DNA from: Tannockella kyphosi
GTDB lineage: Bacteria; Bacillota_I; Bacilli_A; Erysipelotrichales; Coprobacillaceae
Reading direction: 5' to 3'
Length of the DNA stretch: 32,000 nt
NCBI RefSeq assembly: GCF_021054785.1
Contig: NZ_CP088239.1
Span: 720,001 to 752,000, forward strand
Shown: positions 28,401 through 32,000 of the stretch, piece after piece
How positions within the stretch are numbered: position 1 is the stretch's first letter
Layout of the letters: each line of letters starts with the position of its first letter
Position numbers and translations under genes: made by a program
The notes under the pieces: model-generated
The model's input: the letters and a program-made list of their open reading frames with translations, nothing else
The model's database searches: none
Told to the model about the DNA's origin: nothing

Positions 28401-28542
28401 CAGCAAATTTTCTAATACGTTCGGGTCTATAAATACTGTCGGTTCTTCTTGGTGAACCCTTGAATAAATCCACAGTGGATTTAATCGCTTTTAATTGATA
28501 ATCTAATTCATCATCAAATTGGAAATTTATTCTTTTTGCCAT
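25465..28542 (-). CDS. res: Type III restriction enzyme, Res subunit
   Basis: 1025 aa. Helicase motif I is METGTGKTYVY and motif II is IIIDEPQK. The C-terminal PD-(D/E)xK block is YSPDWAII...YFIVETKAG. SD GAGAGGAG is upstream. Confidence 0.9.
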   Translation of the reverse strand: MAKRINFQFDDELDYQLKAIKSTVDLFKGSPRRTDSIYRPERIRKFAEGDPIRNEGIVIGTKVLNNLRNVQLNNNLFADNFLEGNNFTIEMETGTGKTYVYLRTILELYKEYNLKKFMIVVPSIAIRKGVEKSIEQLNEHFQRLYGLDIDKHSFVYDSNNLKKISSSLVESTDLSICVMNIQAFNKDNNKIRTDDEYGQILWDDIKAINPVIIIDEPQKIEGQKGKKSKSLQALEQLEPLFLLRYSATHKQLYNQIYKLDSYAAYQNDLVKKIGVKTVNGVIDRDYPYIRYISFTKDLKARIEMFTQKQGDSIRFTTVDVIGNTSLHDISGGLPQYKNMRIAENPHKENPLRIFTDSGELRLNIGEGNNGLDDIQAVRIQIRLAIHSHFKKQLSMLKAGKNIKAITLFFIDAVKNVRDYDREDTRGEYLRIFDEEYQAFIINNKSKIEKYKDCFKSYDDVLAVREGYFALDKKQNISEVQYDKKGIDVTAKSQEDIDRAISLILEKKDELISFDEPLSFIFSHSALREGWDNPNVFTLCTLKNGSSEIAKKQEIGRGLRLPVDTLGNRCLDPNINELTVIANDSYENFSRMLQDDFNDSMNFNKNEVTADVLTAALTKAGIPKAYITPHLVDTFKIELQNNGIFDSNNILKNNAEKTMKAIETLIFTDEVLQEHSIKLKEQFVQLMVEKGSKRIEVKNKDNPSYNNKVRAFVTEDEFEKLYSNLCEKLKKKTLYRCNINKDDFINSMINDINNYLQFFAIKQTVNITTSKANFSDVGMFELEKSGDKEFDIEVGSKVVPKSDFEIVNYIMYHTMLPRLAIFKILSGIEKREALNFTDILDKITEKILTALNDAKANSVYSYEVIEGYELNEGQIFAVDTITEEDFIDEWKVFKADKNRKSALNEYYKLDSKGEKEFAEKLEQNSNIVLFTKLKKGGFVIDTPYGNYSPDWAIICKEDGTNDTTLGIYFIVETKAGKERSDLTEVEQNKIKCGTLHFEAVSNLIKFDWVNSYEDFKTKFDVKDSLI

Positions 28543-28578
28543 GATTTAACTCCTCTCAAATTTTATATATGTGGCTCA

Positions 28579-30555
28579 TTAAATAAATTCCACTGTATAG
28601 GTCTGTTTTTTCTCACCACTGTTGCGTTCTACAAGTGCTTTTAGATGTCTGAACGAATAATCTTTAAGGTCAATATCATCTTTAAAGGCACTATCTCTAA
28701 ACACAAATTTAATAGGCAGTGGGGCAAGGGCTGCAATTTTTTCTAGAAGTTCAGTTGTAATTTCTGTTTCAAGGCATACAAGATAAGAGCTTGCATATAG
28801 GTAGGTTCTTTCGCCAATATCATCCAATATTTCAAGTGTATCAGATAGGGGAACATCTTTTTGACGGAGCATAATTTCATATACAACATCAATATCTTTT
28901 GCACCAAATACAAAGTCCATACGATCACAATCATTTGCATATTCTAATACACTTTGTTGAACTGAATTTTCAATTATATTCCACTTAATATTCGTATCAG
29001 TAGTACGGAACACTTTAAAGCCGATATCAGGCACTTTTTTAGGTGGCTCATCAAGTTTTAATTGCTCGTTATTTTGTTCAATTTCAAGTTTTATTTTTTC
29101 GCCAGCACGTCGGATGCGTTCTTTTCCTATTTCGCAAATGTTTTTATAACCAGCGTTATAAGCTTCTGATTTTTCGTCGGTTATTTCTGGAAACTGCACC
29201 ATAATGAATTTACGATTGCCACCATCTTCGGCATTAAGTTGCATTACTGCGTGGGCTGTTGTGGCAGAGCCGGAGAAGAAGTCGAGGATGATGTCATTAT
29301 CACCTTGACTTATTATTTGAATAAAAAATTTAATCATTTGAGAATATTTAGGGAAATCAAAAAAATTATTGCCCATAAGTAATTTCAACTCATCAGTTCC
29401 TTTTTTTGTTGTAGCTAAATTGCTTAATACAGAGCGAGGATTGATAATAGTTTTTTCTTTTTCATAGAATAAAACTCCACTGCTATTAAAATAAAAATCT
29501 GTTACTCGTTGCCCTTTACTGTCAAAAACTTCATGTCCCTTAATAAAGTTTTCAACTTGGTTTTTCATTGCAAAACCAGCTTTAAGTGTAGTGTCTTTGA
29601 CAAGTTTTCCATTTATAAATTGCATTTCATCTGATAGTATATATGTCTTTTCGCTACCACCAATTTCACCAGTGAATGTTGCATTTTCTCCTTCAAACCT
29701 AAATCCTTTAGGAAAAATAATTTCAACAGCAGGATTTTTTACAGAGATTTTTTTCAATGCCCCATGTCTAATATATTCTCCTTTATTGTAGTTTTTAAAA
29801 TTAGGTAACATATTTTTGTTCCTACTATAACATAATACATATTCATGCCCTCTAGTAAAATGTCCAGCAGTTGTACCTGTTCCCAAATCCCATATTAAAG
29901 TAGATATATTATTTTCTTGACCAAAAACTTCATCACAAACTTTCTTCAAATTATCAACTTCATAATCATCAATACTAATAAAAACAACGCCATCATCAGT
30001 AAGTAAATTTTTTGCAATCTTTAGTCTTGGATACATCATATTAAGCCAGTTTGCGTGGTATTTGTTTTTTGATTTTTCGTTTTTTTGTAGTGGGTTTCCG
30101 TCCTCGTCTGCCACACCCTCTGCAACATCACTTTCTTTTTTATCCATTGCGAATTTATCGTTATATACAAAGTCATTACCAGTGTTATATGGTGGGTCTA
30201 TGTATATCATTTTGATAGAACCATAGTAATTTTGGCGAAGAAGTTTCAGCACTTCAAGGTTATCGCCCTCAATATATAGGTTTTCAGTTTCTAGTGGGTT
30301 TTTGCTACCCGCGGCTATATATTTTAATGTTCTGTTATAAACATCTTCTTGTGATATTTTCTTTGCAGATTGTTTGCCCGACCAAGTAAGCTCGTACTTT
30401 TCGCTGTCCACTTCCTCAATCTTCCCCAGTTCTTCCTTTAATGCCTCAACATCAAGCATTCCGTCCTTAACAGCACTAGGGAAAAGCTGTGCTAAGGCTT
30501 TTAGATTGTCACCGACAATGTTGTTTATTCCTTGTGGTATTTTATTGTTTTCCAT
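28579..30555 (-). CDS. mod: Type III DNA methyltransferase, Mod subunit (N6-adenine, beta class)
   Basis: 658 aa. Motif IV IYIDPPYNTGNDF precedes motif I FFSGSATTAHAV. SD AAAGGAG lies inside the 3' end of the upstream gene. Confidence 0.9.
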   Translation of the reverse strand: MENNKIPQGINNIVGDNLKALAQLFPSAVKDGMLDVEALKEELGKIEEVDSEKYELTWSGKQSAKKISQEDVYNRTLKYIAAGSKNPLETENLYIEGDNLEVLKLLRQNYYGSIKMIYIDPPYNTGNDFVYNDKFAMDKKESDVAEGVADEDGNPLQKNEKSKNKYHANWLNMMYPRLKIAKNLLTDDGVVFISIDDYEVDNLKKVCDEVFGQENNISTLIWDLGTGTTAGHFTRGHEYVLCYSRNKNMLPNFKNYNKGEYIRHGALKKISVKNPAVEIIFPKGFRFEGENATFTGEIGGSEKTYILSDEMQFINGKLVKDTTLKAGFAMKNQVENFIKGHEVFDSKGQRVTDFYFNSSGVLFYEKEKTIINPRSVLSNLATTKKGTDELKLLMGNNFFDFPKYSQMIKFFIQIISQGDNDIILDFFSGSATTAHAVMQLNAEDGGNRKFIMVQFPEITDEKSEAYNAGYKNICEIGKERIRRAGEKIKLEIEQNNEQLKLDEPPKKVPDIGFKVFRTTDTNIKWNIIENSVQQSVLEYANDCDRMDFVFGAKDIDVVYEIMLRQKDVPLSDTLEILDDIGERTYLYASSYLVCLETEITTELLEKIAALAPLPIKFVFRDSAFKDDIDLKDYSFRHLKALVERNSGEKKQTYTVEFI

Positions 30556-31269
30556 TTATTTTTTCTCCTTTAATTTTAACAAAATGGTATTTGTTTCTTT
30601 CAATTTCTCCTCTAGCATATCTTTAAGTCTTACTATTTCGGGTTTATAGTCAAGTATGGCTGATTTATACAATGACATATCAAAACAAAAATCGAGATTA
30701 TGCTCCTTATTTCGTTCATCTATAAAATTACAATTAATTCGTACATCAGTGGCATTCACAAACTTCTTGTCTGAGCTTTTATATTCCGTATCTATTATAT
30801 CGACATAAATTATATATTGTTGTTTCGGTGGCAGTGAAATAGGGGTTTGTTCTAATTTTGATATATGTTCAAAGAAAATTTCTTTATATATGCATTTTTT
30901 TGCTTCTTGATTAAATTTGATTTTTAATTCTTTAGCACTTGAAATTCCCGTATTTTCAACAATAAAAGCTAATCTACTTTCAATAAATTTAAAATTTATA
31001 ATTATATTAGGCTTGTTCATTTCATCATAAAGTCTGAAGTTTTGCCAAAGTGCCAACGCTCCTAAACAAACAGTTCCTATAAACGTCAAAAAACTACCAT
31101 AAAATGATAACAACTCATAATCTTTAAAAGATGTTACGGTGAAACAAAACCCCTTCATAGGGTATATAAGGTTAATTATTTGTGGAATAAAAGCTGAAAT
31201 AATTATAATAACTACTATAACTATAATCCAAAACCACCATTGTTTATAAAAAGGTTTTTTCTTATTCAA
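30556..31269 (-). CDS. Two-TM membrane protein with a beta-rich C-terminal domain and coiled-coil tail, unknown function
   Basis: 237 aa. TM1 is WWFWIIVIVVIIIISAF and TM2 is FLTFIGTVCLGALALWQN. The stop codon abuts the mod start codon. Confidence 0.7.
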   Translation of the reverse strand: MNKKKPFYKQWWFWIIVIVVIIIISAFIPQIINLIYPMKGFCFTVTSFKDYELLSFYGSFLTFIGTVCLGALALWQNFRLYDEMNKPNIIINFKFIESRLAFIVENTGISSAKELKIKFNQEAKKCIYKEIFFEHISKLEQTPISLPPKQQYIIYVDIIDTEYKSSDKKFVNATDVRINCNFIDERNKEHNLDFCFDMSLYKSAILDYKPEIVRLKDMLEEKLKETNTILLKLKEKK

Positions 31270-31271
31270 AT

Positions 31272-32000
31272 CTAATCCTCCTCAAATTTCAATTCGTTTT
31301 CATGTCCATAAGAGCATTCTGATATATTTTCATTATTCACGCTAACAGTTATATATTGTTTGAACGATATTCCGGTGATAGTAGTATTAGTGATATATAG
31401 TCTGAAGCATAAACCTCCTAGTGGTTTTTCCCAAAAGTCTTTGTATGTTTCATTCTTAAAATATATAAACATACAAAACAACTCATCTTCATGTTGGTTC
31501 AAGAGTGTTGAGATCCCTGCTTTAGGATGGTTTTGATTAAAACAAACAGCTTGCTCCACCGAAACAGTATCGGTTTTAATGCCTACGATTTCAATTCTAT
31601 CAAATGCTATATGCCTTATAATGGCTTGTGACGTATTGGCAAGTTTGAAATTAACAACTTTACAATATTGCTGAATTTCATAATCTTTCTCATTGTCAAT
31701 ATCGATGTTCAACGTTATATAGTTATTCTTTAATTCCACTGTTTCGCCTGTATGAACACTATTAATTTTATTATGAGATTTAGAAAAATAATACCTTTCC
31801 ATTGGAGCTGTGATAGATGTTGAATTTCTTGCACAGAATGTAGTCTGTCCAATTACAACATCTACAATCTTTATCACGGGTAATAAACTTTGTGCATTGA
31901 TTTTTTGAAAGTAATTATTTTCTTTACTTAGGTTCTCATTGATTTTATTTAGTTTCTTATTTTGATAAAAAGCCAATGAACCCAAGGTAACAGTTCCAAT
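31272..32000 (-). CDS. Paralogous two-TM/beta-rich protein (N-terminus beyond the window edge)
   Basis: The frame is open to nt 32000 (IGTVTLGSLAFYQN...), and the track's TTG start at 31985 is internal. The edge peptide matches TM2 of the neighbour (FIGTVCLGALALWQN). The stop lies 2 nt from the next start. Confidence 0.65.
   Translation of the reverse strand: MGTVTLGSLAFYQNKKLNKINENLSKENNYFQKINAQSLLPVIKIVDVVIGQTTFCARNSTSITAPMERYYFSKSHNKINSVHTGETVELKNNYITLNIDIDNEKDYEIQQYCKVVNFKLANTSQAIIRHIAFDRIEIVGIKTDTVSVEQAVCFNQNHPKAGISTLLNQHEDELFCMFIYFKNETYKDFWEKPLGGLCFRLYITNTTITGISFKQYITVSVNNENISECSYGHENELKFEED

Noticed and set aside
26447-30649. Plus-strand ORFs of 60-91 aa antisense to res and mod
   Set aside because: They are reverse-frame artefacts within strongly supported genes.
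1-32000. Search for CRISPR arrays, tRNA, rRNA, IS transposases with terminal inverted repeats, and retron or DGR components
   Set aside because: No regularly spaced direct repeats, cloverleaf candidates, DDE transposase motifs or reverse-transcriptase motifs were seen by eye. Small tRNA-like elements could have been missed without a scanning tool.

Overview
AT-rich, Firmicutes-style mobile DNA with nearly every gene attributable to mobility, restriction or counter-restriction. All family names come from motif recognition by eye; no searches were run. (1) nt 1-~8686 looks like a Tn4451-type mobilisable transposon: a large serine recombinase (N-terminus off-window), TnpV, a DUF3847-like protein, a hairpin-rich oriT candidate, a MobA/MobL relaxase and a terminal TnpW-like gene. 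Its cargo is a FokI-like type IIS R-M pair (tandem two-domain methyltransferase plus endonuclease). A stand-alone minimal nucleotidyl-cyclase/palm-domain protein is translationally coupled to the endonuclease gene. (2) Directly after it a topoisomerase III frame starts mid-protein, so the transposon seems to have inserted into topB of a larger conjugative element. (3) The ICE backbone (8.7-25.3 kb) carries two successive ArdC-N-headed polyvalent proteins of 934 aa and 2614 aa. The larger combines an N6-adenine methyltransferase with an SNF2 helicase. Each follows a duplicated regulatory cassette holding a covarying twin-hairpin motif, a small membrane-protein gene and a terminator. MobC, an XRE-controlled cassette of unknown genes and a second relaxase come next. 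(4) A complete TnpV-like ORF with its own Shine-Dalgarno lies in the +1 frame inside the 2614-aa gene. (5) On the minus strand, 25.4-32 kb holds a type III R-M (mod, res). Two paralogous 2-TM, beta-rich proteins of unknown function sit upstream in the same tightly packed operon. The most interesting candidates are the overprinted TnpV, the orphan cyclase-like gene, the 2-TM pair fused to the type III operon and the covarying leader motif. No rRNA, tRNA or CRISPR array was seen.
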